From the human T2T-CHM13v2.0 reference genome, Homo sapiens: a stretch of DNA of 64,000 nucleotides. The position numbers and the translations under genes were made by a program. The stretch lies in NCBI RefSeq assembly GCF_009914755.1, contig NC_060940.1; one strand, 5' to 3'. The notes below the pieces were generated by a model. The model was not told the origin of the DNA. It was given only the letters and a program-made list of their open reading frames with translations, and did no database searches. Each line of letters begins with the position of its first letter. The stretch's first letter is position 1. Shown here one piece after another: positions 39,251-50,004 of this stretch.

Positions 39251-41539
39251 ATGCAAGTTGAAAAGCCTCTCAAGGAAGCCATATTTAATAGACAGCAATG
39301 CCTCTAGCCAAGTTAGTCCTTAATAGTGGTATCAGGCACCAATGGCAGTACTTAGAAAAAGGTGACATGCAAAGACATCTAAGAAGGATAAACAACATGG
39401 GTTAGGGGCCCAGGAGTGGGAATGAGCATGCTGAGGCCAGGAAATCCACCCATCTGGAGTGGAAACCTCATCCACCAATTTTGATAGAGCCTTCTCTCAT
39501 TCCCTCTTGGTCTTCTGTAGCATTTGCCATGCTTGTCCTCAACTCTAGGGCCCTGTCAGCATCAGCTTCCTCCTAATTTCCTCCTGGGCTTCCACTGTTG
39601 CAGGAATTAGACAGGATGTTCAAAAGCTCTAGTCATCTTCCCCATCTTAGAGTGACTCTAAGCTTCCAGAACTCAGAGCTCAGCCCCGTCCACCCAGCTG
39701 CACAGCCAACCTGTTCGTCTACTTCATGGAGAACACGTTAATCCTAGGCCTGAGCTTCCTTCCTCTTTCCTCCTCACACAGCTTGCTTCAAGGTCTCTGT
39801 CTTTGTCCCACCTTTCCTGGCTAAAAAACTGTCCTCTTATCCAAGACCAGATACTTATCATAGATCATCAACTTTGAGATGGGCACTTTAAAAAAATATT
39901 TTAACAGAGTTGAAATTGGGATTGATGTTGCCCAGGAGCAAGTCTGATATCATTGGTGTTACCAATGATATAGGCAGCAAAGTTTGCCTGAGGGTGTCAT
40001 TGCTTAGAAGAAAATCCCAGACAATAGTCTTAACAGCTAGGGGCATGGCTTTAGCCAAGAAAACACAGACACCAATGACCCTGAGTTCAGAAAGTTTGTC
40101 TCTGAATATAAAGAAGGTTCAGGAATACCTTTGCCAATTTATTTCACTTACATTTTCCTTTTCTTGTGGGCAAAGTGATCTATGATAAAAATCTTTTTAC
40201 ATAAGTATAAAAGAGCATTTTCATTAAGTATGAAATGAAAATTCTAAATGATTAAAGAAGCATTGTACGTACTTTACTTGGCAATGACTTTTTACTTTCT
40301 CAATATATAAAATGATGATGCATCTTACCATTGATGGAGTCAAGGAAATCCAATAAAATGCAGTAATAAATGTTAATACTGTTTGTCACCTCCTCTCCAC
40401 ACCCCATCCCCCATGCAACACATACAGAATATCCTCTGCTTAGTCTTAAGAAACTGGCTAAAGCTTAATAAAAACTTCTAGAATTGACTTGGATGAACAA
40501 CCAGACACTTTTAGCTGACAGTCTCACTATCCAATATCAGGAGGAAAAATATGTTTGGGGTACTCAGAAAATAAATTATCGAGAGAACACACAGGAGGAA
40601 GTCTGAGTCAATACCAGAGGATAATTTATTGAAATATTAATTAGAGTTTGTTCTCTCTCTATCTTTCCCTTCAAGCAGGTAGGCGGGCTTTGTAATGCTT
40701 GGCCTCGGGAGTTTTAACAGGGCTGCAGACAGAAGTCGCCTAAAGTTAAAAGCTCTTCTGATCATTTGGAAAATGAAAAGTCATTAAAGAGATGGGATCA
40801 GGGTCATCGGGGTGGGCTCAGGTGCCTCCGAGGAGCCTTAACTTGGGAAATAGTGAGCTGGTCTGAGGCTAAGAAGGTGATTTGTGGCGACTTCTACAAG
40901 GTACGATCTTGTTCCTGTTCTCCCATGAATGTGAGACTTCAGTGGGGCCCAGCTGCCTCCCTGGCCCAGCTCCAGGGACTGAACCCCAGATGTGCAGCTC
41001 TTGGCCTCCCCAAAGGATCTTGTGTCTCAGGCATGGGAGAGGAGCTTCGGGGCCTTGGAGACTGAAGGGACCAGCAGGCTGAGACCGGAGGGACCTTTGA
41101 ACCTTGCAAGAAACTGAGTGCTAGCCTCTTTCAGGAGGTGGGGTGGAGAATTCTATTTCTCTGAGGTTACATGTCTCACCAACCCGGCAGCATGAGTCTC
41201 CAAGTTAGAATAAATACAGCTAAATAAAATGAAAGAATATGCTATTTCTTGCACACAAGTTTGTAAACTGAGATCTACAATGCAAGACGTTGACAAAATT
41301 ATTACCGTGCCTTGTGCAGCTAAGGAGTCCATCTCCCACTGCCTGTGCATGGAGCTATAGTTCCTGGAAGTCTAAAATACTGACTATTTCTACTTCACCA
41401 GACCTTCGAGATGCTGGGGTGAGAGCCTCTGGAGCTCATGCTCCCCATGTCATGATGAAGGCAGCTTTAATGGCTTTGAGTCACGTGCCCCTCAAAGGCC
41501 AGCCCCCCGGACAGCTGTTTGCAAACTCCTCTCCAAAGC

Positions 41540-42200
41540 AGCTTCCCTTGAAGAGAGTTGCTACACAATCATTACAAATTGATTGCAAAAGAGCTAACAA
41601 TCATGATTAAATCATTAAATTCTTGTCTACGCTTCAGAGAGCGGTGAGAAAATTAACTTCCCACCAACCTAATTTTTTCCTGAACATGAAATAATGATTT
41701 TCTGCCCGTCTAATTACAAAGCCAACATCTGATCAAGCCAGCATCCAGAGGGGATTATCGCATGCACGAGTATTAGACCTCATTACCAGCTTGAGTGCAA
41801 AATTATTACATCTTGTAATTGGATGGTGAGATTTATATACAGATCGGCCCGGTTTCTGTAAGATTGTAATTACAAGCTTCGTTGGTTAGCTACTTATCAC
41901 TCAGCACAGAAGAGAGGAAAATAAGCAACAGAAAAGGCATTTCATTAACCCATAACCCTATCAAGGGAAAGCCACTGTAACACCCATGTCTGCATTAGGG
42001 AGAACAGCTAAATTCACAGATGAAACAATTTATTATACTCTTTGCAAATGGGATTGCATTTTGTTTAACCCCTAATGAACTCTTTGGGTAAAGTGTCTGA
42101 ACAAACCATTCATTTTATAGACAACTAGGTTCAATACAGTAATTATAAGGGGTAACTGACTGAGATAAATGCTCACCTGCTTAGAGGCTGTTGATTAGAG
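41540..42200. promoter_or_regulatory. Strong candidate conserved non-coding element
   Basis: No repeat similarity; dense TAAT/ATTA and AACAAT motifs, palindromes aatcatgatt and ttgtaattacaa, retained CpGs. Confidence 0.55.
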
Positions 42201-42209
42201 GCACAATTG

Positions 42210-42590
42210 CTGGGCGCTGGGCTCCGGCACAAAGGGCCGGGGGGCTGGAACAGCCTTGGATTTCCCGGGGAGCTGCTGGGGGGCAGCAGGACCCCGCATA
42301 GCAAATCTACTCTGCACTCGGAACGCTAGGCATTCGTTGTCAAGCCTGGCTGGAACAGGCGAGGTTTAATAAAGCCGCAAGGGCGATGCAGTTTAACAAT
42401 TTTAGAGGCACTGGTGTGGAACGCAGAAATTTCAATATAGCCTGATGAAGGCTCCTCACATGCTCCAGATGTGTGACCTAAATTAAATGTTGCCTTTTCA
42501 CATGTTTATGGCACAACAATGGTCTTCACACAAAGTCGGCTCGGCAGGGTGTAAAACCGGAGGAGGATTGCGATGCTCAAGGTGAGTTAT
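42210..42590 (+). promoter_or_regulatory. CpG-enriched regulatory segment ending in a consensus splice donor
   Basis: About 16 CpG in 370 bp; AACAATGG, TTTATGGC; AAG|GTGAGT at 42581/42582. Confidence 0.4.
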
Positions 42591-42622
42591 TTCTCAGTCC
42601 TCTGGCCCTCAGTCCTCTCTTC

Positions 42623-42880
42623 CAGGAGTCTGCAAACTGAAGCTCCCCGGTCAAACGCAGCCCGCTGCCTATTTTTGTACCTCCAGTGAGCATGGTACAT
42701 TTCATGGCAGGTGAAAATGCTATGAAATTCACATTTCGGTGTGCATAAATAAAGTTTTATGAAAACACAGCCACATTCATTTGTTTGTAATAGCTATGAG
42801 GGTTTTCTGCTACAACGGCAGATCTGCAAAGCCAAAAACGTTTACTGTCTAACCTGTAACAGAAAATATTTGCCAACTTT
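42623..42880. mobile_element. MER58B-like hAT MITE
   Basis: caggagtctgcaaact..gcagcccgctgcctatttttgta..aataaagtttta..cagaaaatatttgccaac. Confidence 0.75.
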
Positions 42881-42889
42881 TATTCTATT

Positions 42890-43072
42890 GCATTTAGGCA
42901 TTCACTTATCTGTTCATTCCACCAAAAAAAAAAAAAAAAATAAAAATACAAAAAACTGAGCACCTACTATGTACCAGGTCCTGGGCCAGATGCTAGGAAT
43001 ACAAACAAAAACAAAAACAAAAAACACAATTCTTGCCCTCCAGGACCTAGTGGTCTGTTGGGGAAATAGACC
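42890..43072 (-). mobile_element. L2 3' end
   Basis: ctgagcacctactatgtaccagg..tgctaggaataca..cttgccctccagga. Confidence 0.75.
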
Positions 43073-43094
43073 TGGGCACCTTTAGGGGCTTTGG

Positions 43095-43558
43095 CACAAC
43101 TGCACATCTGTTTCCCCTTCTTCTGGTAACAGGATCCTGGATTTCCTCTGGGGAACCAGCCTCACCTTGACCCACTCGACATCACCTGGCCACCATGATT
43201 GGTTCAAGGATGGGCACGTGACCCACTCGGAGCTCACGAGCTGCAACCCAGGCCCTCTGTGAGGAGAGAGGCACTTTCTCTTTTAGCTGGAGTTAGACTT
43301 AGTTGGCCTAGTTCTGCAACCATAGAAAGCACCTTGCTGCTCCCGTAGAGCCTGTGAAAAAGCCTCCAAAGAGGTGAGTTGGAGCTAAGTGATGGAAAGA
43401 AACCGGGTCCTGATGTTCTGTTCAAGCCCCTGAGCCCAGTTGTGCCTGAAATCCCTCTACCCTTGTACATTTTCATTTTATGAGCCAATAAAATGACTTT
43501 TCTTGTGCTTGAGCCAGTCTACTGTCACTCACAACAGAAAGAAGGTACTGATTTACAC
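43095..43558 (+). mobile_element. MLT1J/K-like MaLR LTR
   Basis: gattggttcaaggatgggcacgtgaccca..tgagccaataaa..tgtcactcacaacagaaag..ctgatttaca. Confidence 0.7.
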
Positions 43559-43984
43559 ACAAAAGAAGGCAGAATGAAGTGAGTGTTATGTGAGGGATCT
43601 GATCAGCATATTGTAGAAGGACACAGGAGAGCGTGATTCTGCCAGGGACTCCTGGAACCCTTACTGGAGGAGGGGGCCTTTGCGTCTGGGTTTGAAAGGT
43701 GAGTTGGGTTCTCAATAAATGGGAAAAGCATGTGATCTCTTTCATGGTGAAGACTAGGCATGGGCAGTGGGCAGAGAGCACAATGTATGTACAAGGAATA
43801 GTATGAAGGGATTCTTCATACATTCTCCTGCCCTTCATACAGGCAGGGAGAGAGTTTAGGACCAGGTGAAGCATGCACACTCATCTCTTCTCCTCCTGAG
43901 CCACTCAGAGAGCTTATTCTCAGAGTACCGGGAACACCAGGACCCTCTGAGCCAGGAAGTTGTGTGGGCCATCACCCAAAGATG

Positions 43985-44551
43985 CTATACCAGGCAGACT
44001 GTAAGTTGGCCTCCAACAATCCCCACATCCAGGTATTCACACCTTGGTGTAGTCCCCTCTCCTGGAGGGTGGGAGGGAATTTGGCCTTGCTTCTAACCAA
44101 TTATGACAAAGGTGGCAGAATGCCACTCCTGTGACTGGATTACGTAAGTTTGTGACTAGTCTTGCTGGCTGGCTCTCTCTTCTTCTAGGCTTGCACTCTT
44201 TGATGAAGCAAGCTGCCATGTCAGAGAGGCCCATATAGCAGAGAACTGAAGTTGGCTTCTGGCCAGCAGTCAGCTGGAAACTGAAACCCTCAGTCCTACA
44301 TCTCTCAGGGAACTGAATGCTGCCAGTAATCACGTGGCCTTGGAAGCTGATCCTTCCCCAGTCAAGCATTCAGATGAGACTCCAGCCTGGCTCACAGCTA
44401 GATTTCAGACATGGGAGAGGTCCTGAAGCAGGGGACTCAGCAAAGCTGTGCTTGGATTCCTGACTCACAGAAACCAGGAGACAATGAATGAGTGTTGTTT
44501 GAAGTTCCTAATTTTGTAGTCATTTTTTACACAGTAATAGATAACTAATAC
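43985..44551 (+). mobile_element. MLT1E/F MaLR LTR
   Basis: tgatgaagcaagctgccatg..gaactgaatgctgcca..gattcctgactcacagaaac..atagataactaatac. Confidence 0.85.
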
Positions 44552-44981
44552 TTATACCAAAACCACCAGAATAATAGTTCTCAAAGTATGGTTTTCCTCA
44601 AGATAGTACAAGAGAAGGAGAGAGAACAGAAGAGAGCATCAGGCAAGGGGAGGGAGGTGAGTGTGAAGTCATCTTTATTCTGGAGTTAAGTTTAATATCA
44701 GCACCTCTCAAATGTTTTCTTCCAAGTGCCATCCATGACAAAAGATCATGTTTAAATGTTTGGTTTATCAATTTGGTTGGCTTGTGGTTATCAATTTTTT
44801 AAAAATTATTCAGCACAAAAAGAAAAAAAATTGACTTCTCACACATACAAACACACCCTCACACATTTCTGCACAAATATATAATGAACATTATATCCTG
44901 TATGCTTTTTCTTTAATTATTGTCAGCCTATTCCCATAAGAATGTCAGCTTCATGTGGCAACAAGGTTGCTTTTTTTATTA

Positions 44982-45296
44982 TGTTGTGGTTGGAATGTTG
45001 TTGTCTCACCAAAATGCATATGCTGGAATCTAATCCCCAATGTGACAGTAGTAAGAGGTGGGGCTTTTAGGTCATGAGAGCTCCACCCTCATGAATGAGA
45101 CTAGTGCCCTTGAAAAGAGGCTGGAAGGAGCTCCCTTGTCTTTTCCATCATGTGAGGATGCATAGATGGCATCAAATCTGTTGGCATCCTGATCTTAGAT
45201 TTCCTAACCTCCAGAACCATAAGGAATAAATGTAAGTTGTTTGTAAATTACCCAGTCTAAGGTATTTTGTTATAGCAGCCTGAAAGGAGTAAAACA
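44982..45296 (+). mobile_element. MLT1A/MSTD-like MaLR LTR inside an L2 tail
   Basis: tgttgtggttggaatg..ctaatccccaatgtg..aaattacccagtctaaggtattttgttatagcagcc. Confidence 0.85.
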
Positions 45297-45434
45297 ATTA
45301 CTACTCCCTGAGGGTCGCTAGATCAATGCTTTGTTGAGTAAATGAATGAATATATGCATGTCATACACTATGCACATATACAACAAAGTAAATTTTTTAA
45401 ATGATGAGATAAAGATAAAATGAGCAGTATTTTA

Positions 45435-45573
45435 TTTTTTTGTTTGTTATTTTTGCTGAGATGAGTTATCGCTATGTTCCCCAAGTTAGTTTCAATCTCC
45501 TCACCTCAAGTGATCCTTCCCCCTCAGCCTCCCAAAATGCTGGGATTACAGGTGTTATCCACCATGCCTGGCC
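45435..45573 (-). mobile_element. FLAM/Alu left monomer
   Basis: Monomer with 18-bp TSD aaaatgagca(g/a)tatttta at 45417-45434 and 45575-45592. Confidence 0.9.
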
Positions 45574-46224
45574 CAAAATGAGCAATATTTTAAAACGTTA
45601 TCCCAATTGTGAGGGCTTCATACTACCATCAGTTAATATCTCATGGCACAATATGCCTTTAGGGAGAGATTGGTGTCAACAATAGGGATGTAAAACCACA
45701 TTTCAGATTACCTTTTTGATTATTTCAATTGGCCAACTTCTTTCGGATCTTATTAGATAACCATTGTTTTACCTCATAATGTGGCTGGTCAAAAGCGTTT
45801 GTACAGAAAGGAAGTGACAGCTTGGCCATGTTCTTCTTTACTTCTACTGGCATTATCATTATTAACTTTAATTGTGCTTTCTTTGAGGGAATCGTCTTCA
45901 GCCACTTGTCTTTTTTTGTGAAGACTGACTTAATTAAAACAAGATAAGATAATCTGTAAATACAATTAACCTGGCATGTGAAAAACACAACTTGAGATGT
46001 GCCAAAAGCAAAAAGAAAGAAAAAAATGGGTAAGAGGGACACGATCCACCCCTGTCCCCTGCCCACACACACACAGTGTGACTTGCACTCTTTCCCTCAG
46101 GTACCTTGTAGAGTTTATGGGACATAAATATAACCTTTTTGATATAGGACTGAGTGAAGGAATCATGCCAGTCTGTGGATTAAAAAATTGCCAACACTAT
46201 TTATTTCTCAAGTTTTAGTTTTAA

Positions 46225-47066
46225 AAAATCAATACATTTATTTCTGAATTCTCAAGTCTATTCCATTGACCTATATGTCTATCCTTGTGTCAGTACTATA
46301 CTGTCTTGATTACCATTGTTTTGTAGTAAATTTTGAAACCTGGAAGCAGGGGTCCTCCCATTTTGCTCTTCTTTTTCAAGATTGTTTTGGCTAGTTGGGG
46401 TTCCTTGCAATTCCATATGCATTTTAAAATCAGTGAATAAATTTCTACAAAGAGGTCAACTGAGATTCTAATAGGGATTGCAGTGTATTCATAGATCAGT
46501 TAGAGGAGTATATTTTCACTTGTTAAATCTTTTAATCCATGAACATGGGCTATTTTTAAAATTTAGATTTTATTTAACTTCTTTCAATAATGTTTCGTAG
46601 TTTTCAAGGTACAAATTTATACATTTTTTTAAACATTTCTTTCCTTTTTTTTTTTTTTTTTTTCAATTTTTTGAGACAGGGTCTCACTTTGTCTCCCAGG
46701 CTGGGGTCCAGTGGCATGAACATGGCTCACTGCAACCTTGACATCTTGGGCTCAGGCAGTCCTCCTCAGCCTCCCAAGTAGCTGCAACTACAGGTGTGTG
46801 ACACTACACCCATCTAATTTTAAAATTTTTTGTAAAGAAAGGGTTTCACTATGTTGCCCAGGCTGGTCTTGATCTCCTGGGCTCAAGCAATTCTCCTGCC
46901 TCAGCCTCCCAACGTGCTGGGATTACAGGTTGTTATATTTATTTCTAAGTATTTTTTGATGCCATTATAAGTGAAATTTGTTTTCTTAATTTGATTTTTT
47001 GACTGCTCGTTGCAAGTGTATCTAATACAATTGATTTTTGCATATTGATGTATCTTGTAATATTGC
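46225..47066 (-). mobile_element. Inverted 5' segment of L1MB (ORF2)
   Basis: Reverse ORF2 motifs ttcaagattgttttggcta, ccatgaacatggg, caattgatttttgcatattg. Confidence 0.9.
46641..46930 (-). mobile_element. AluJ inside the inverted L1 segment
   Basis: gagacagggtctcac..ctcctgggctcaagcaattctcc; lacks about 20 nt of its 5' end. Confidence 0.9.
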
Positions 47067-48635
47067 CGATTTTCAACAAGGTTGCCAAGACCATCTGATA
47101 GAGAAAGAATAGTCTTTTCAACAAATAGTACTGGAACATATGGATAGCCACATACAAAAGGATAAATATGGACCCCATTCCACCCCATATCAAGAACTAA
47201 CTCAAAATGGATCAAATACCTACATGTAAGTGCTAAAACTATAAAACTCCTAAAAGAAAACATAGGGGTAAGGCTTCATGACTTTGGACTTGTCAAATGA
47301 TTCCTAGATATGGCATCAAAAACATGAACAAGAAAAGAAAAAAATCGATAATTCAGATTCATTAAAAATAAAAAATTTTGTGTTTCAAAGGACGCTATTA
47401 AGAAGGTGAAAAGCAGACCAGGCACAGTGGTTCACACCTGTAATCCCAGCACTTTGGGAGGCCAAGGAGGGAGGATCGCTTGAGGCCAGGAGTTCAAGGT
47501 TACAGTGAGCTGTAATTGCATCACTGCACTTCAGTCTAGGTGAGAGAGTGAGACCCTGTCTCAAAAAAGACAGACAGAGAAGGAGTGAGAGTGTGAGAGA
47601 GAGAAAGAGAGAGAGAGAGAGAGAAGACAATTCATAGAATGGGAGAAAACTTTTGCAAATTTTAAATCTGATAAGAAACTTGTATTCTGGAATATATATG
47701 AAGAACTCTAAAAAAAACAACCCAATGAAAAAATGGGCTAAAGGAGATGAAAAGACATATCTGCAAAGAAGATACACAAATAACCAATAATACATGAAAA
47801 GGTGCTGGACATCGTTAGTCATTGCAGTAATTTAAATCAAAATCATAATGTGATATCACTTTATACCCAGTAGGAGGGCTATAACCAAAAAGTCAGCCAA
47901 ACATACGTTGGTGAGAATGCGGGGAAACTGGAACCCTCACACACCACCAGTAGGAATGTAAAATGGTATAACTGCTTTGGTAAACAATCTAAGAGTTCCT
48001 CAAATGATTAAGCATAGAGTTAATGCTTAATCTCTATCTTTAAGCATAAGCATACCATATGACCCAGCAATTCCACCCCTAGGTATATGCCCAAGCAAAT
48101 CTAAAACATATGTCCACAAAGCAACTTGTACATGAATATTCAAAAAAGGAATACTTATAATAGCTGAAAGGTCAAAACAATCCAAATGTCCATCAATGGA
48201 TTAATGGATAAATAAAATGGGGTCTAGCCATATAATGGAATATTATTCTTCCATAAAAAGGAATGAAGCACTGACCCGTGCAACAACATGCAAAAACCTT
48301 GAAAACACTGTGCTGAGTAAAGGAAGCCAGGCACAAAAGACAACATATTACACAATTCCACTCATATGAAATGTCCAGAATAGGGAAATCTACAGAGACA
48401 GAAAGCAGATTGGTGGTTGCACAGAGCTTGGAGGGAAGGAAGTGGGAATGTGGGAAGTAATGGCAAAATAAGCATTTAGCGATCTTTTTGGGGTGGCAAA
48501 AATGTTCTAAAATAGATTGGTGATAGTTGCTTGGACTTGCAAATATATTACAAATGAATCAATTATACACTTTAAATGGATGAATTGCATGGTATGTGAG
48601 CTAATATCAACAAATCTATTAAAAATTAAAAAAAT
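47067..48635 (+). mobile_element. L1MB (about MB7/8) sense 3' segment
   Basis: gattttcaacaaggttgccaagacc through the ORF2 end to the 3' UTR tacactttaaatggatgaattgcatggtatgtga and an A-rich end. Confidence 0.9.
47416..47567 (+). mobile_element. FRAM-like Alu monomer followed by a (GA)n tract to about 47625
   Basis: Single monomer running gcactttgggagg..ggagttcaaggttacagtgagc..gagaccctgtctc. Confidence 0.8.
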
Positions 48636-48949
48636 AGATATTCTTTTCTGCTGGCTGGACTTTAAACAAAATGGCTGGAGCTTGAGCAGTTGTCTTAAAC
48701 CCTGAGGTAAATTCATGGTAGTAGCCCAAGAAGATAGGCCCTCAATCCCTGTCACTATGGAACATCACACCACCTCTTACCTCTACAGTTCTATTACATG
48801 AGACATAGTCTTCTACTTTTTTTTTATTAAATAATAGAAGTAGATGTGCTGATATTGCCTTCCCATATGTCATTGAGTACCCTCCTCAGCAGACCTGTGC
48901 AGGACAGAAGAAATAGGATAGATCTGGAGACAGAGCCCAGACAACTGGG

Positions 48950-49351
48950 ATAGTATTAGTGCCATTCCCCAAATGTTTCTGGCTCTTTACCTTTCAGGTG
49001 TTTAGATTGTACTTCCTGCTTCTTTGTGGTTGGGTGAGGCAACGTGACTAGTCTTAGCTGATGAGTTGGGAGTAAAAGTCACATGTATCTCTTCTGGGAT
49101 AAGCACTTAATTGGGACACAAGACCCTCCAGAGCTCGGTTTCCTTCATTCCCACAGTGACAAGCAACATTCCAAATGGAGGTTGCTTCATTTACCTGGAT
49201 CCTGGAGTGAAAATGAAGCGGAGCAGAGACCCTGGACAACAGGCAGTAGAAATGTTGTAACAAAAAGAAATAAACACCTGTCATTTTAAGCCACTGAGAT
49301 TTTGGAATTCTTTGTTATCACAGCATAACCTAGCCTTTACTGATTGATACA
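48950..49351 (+). mobile_element. MLT1I-like MaLR LTR
   Basis: agattgtacttcctgc..gaccctccagagctc..gaaataaacacc..taagccactgagatttt..ctgattgataca. Confidence 0.8.
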
Positions 49352-49779
49352 ACTGCCTATATCAAGATAAAAACTCTTTGAAATTTTGTGTTTTGACTTT
49401 TAAAATGTCGTACTCTGTAGTATATCAGTGGTTGTGTTTAATATAAAAATGACATTTTCCCTCAAATTTTTTACTTAAATTAAGGCTTCAGGAAGATATT
49501 GCTTGTTTATCCTGTGGTTTTACATATCCCCGAGAACATCTGGTGAATGCATAACTCAGTTTAAAGAAGTGTTTTTTGTTTGTTCGTTTGTTTGTTTTCA
49601 ACCCTGGGACCACATGCTGGGCCCTAAATCCCAGGTGATACAATGGAAGAACTTTAAAGAATCATTGAAATGTATTTGCAAATGTTCTTAATTAACACTG
49701 TTTGGTAAATGTGCAGGAGACCTTCCATCTCACTAAGAATGAGTCTATTATGAATGATGACAGTGAGAGAGGCCACTGA

Positions 49780-50004
49780 GAACAATGGTAAGGTATGTGC
49801 ATGTCTTTGGGGTCAGGCCTGAAGACAAATCCTCACTTCACCAAAATTTTAATTTTTTTTCAGCATTAGCTTCTTCTTTGCAAAACTGGAATAATAGTAG
49901 CACTTATTTCAGAAGATGAATGTAAGGATCAAAGGGTATAATGAGCTAATAAAGGCCTTCACACAGAGCCTGAAACTTAGTAAGCTGCAACACACATTAG
50001 TTAC
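49780..50004 (+). mobile_element. MIR (insertion site of the MST provirus)
   Basis: tctttggggtcagg..tgcaaaactggaataatagtag..cacagagcctga..ttagtaag. Confidence 0.6.

Noticed and set aside
42270-42290. CTCF-like gctgctggggggcagca (also cagcgcccctctatagg near 3846)
   Set aside because: Both deviate at core positions or spacing from the CTCF consensus; not supportable without ChIP
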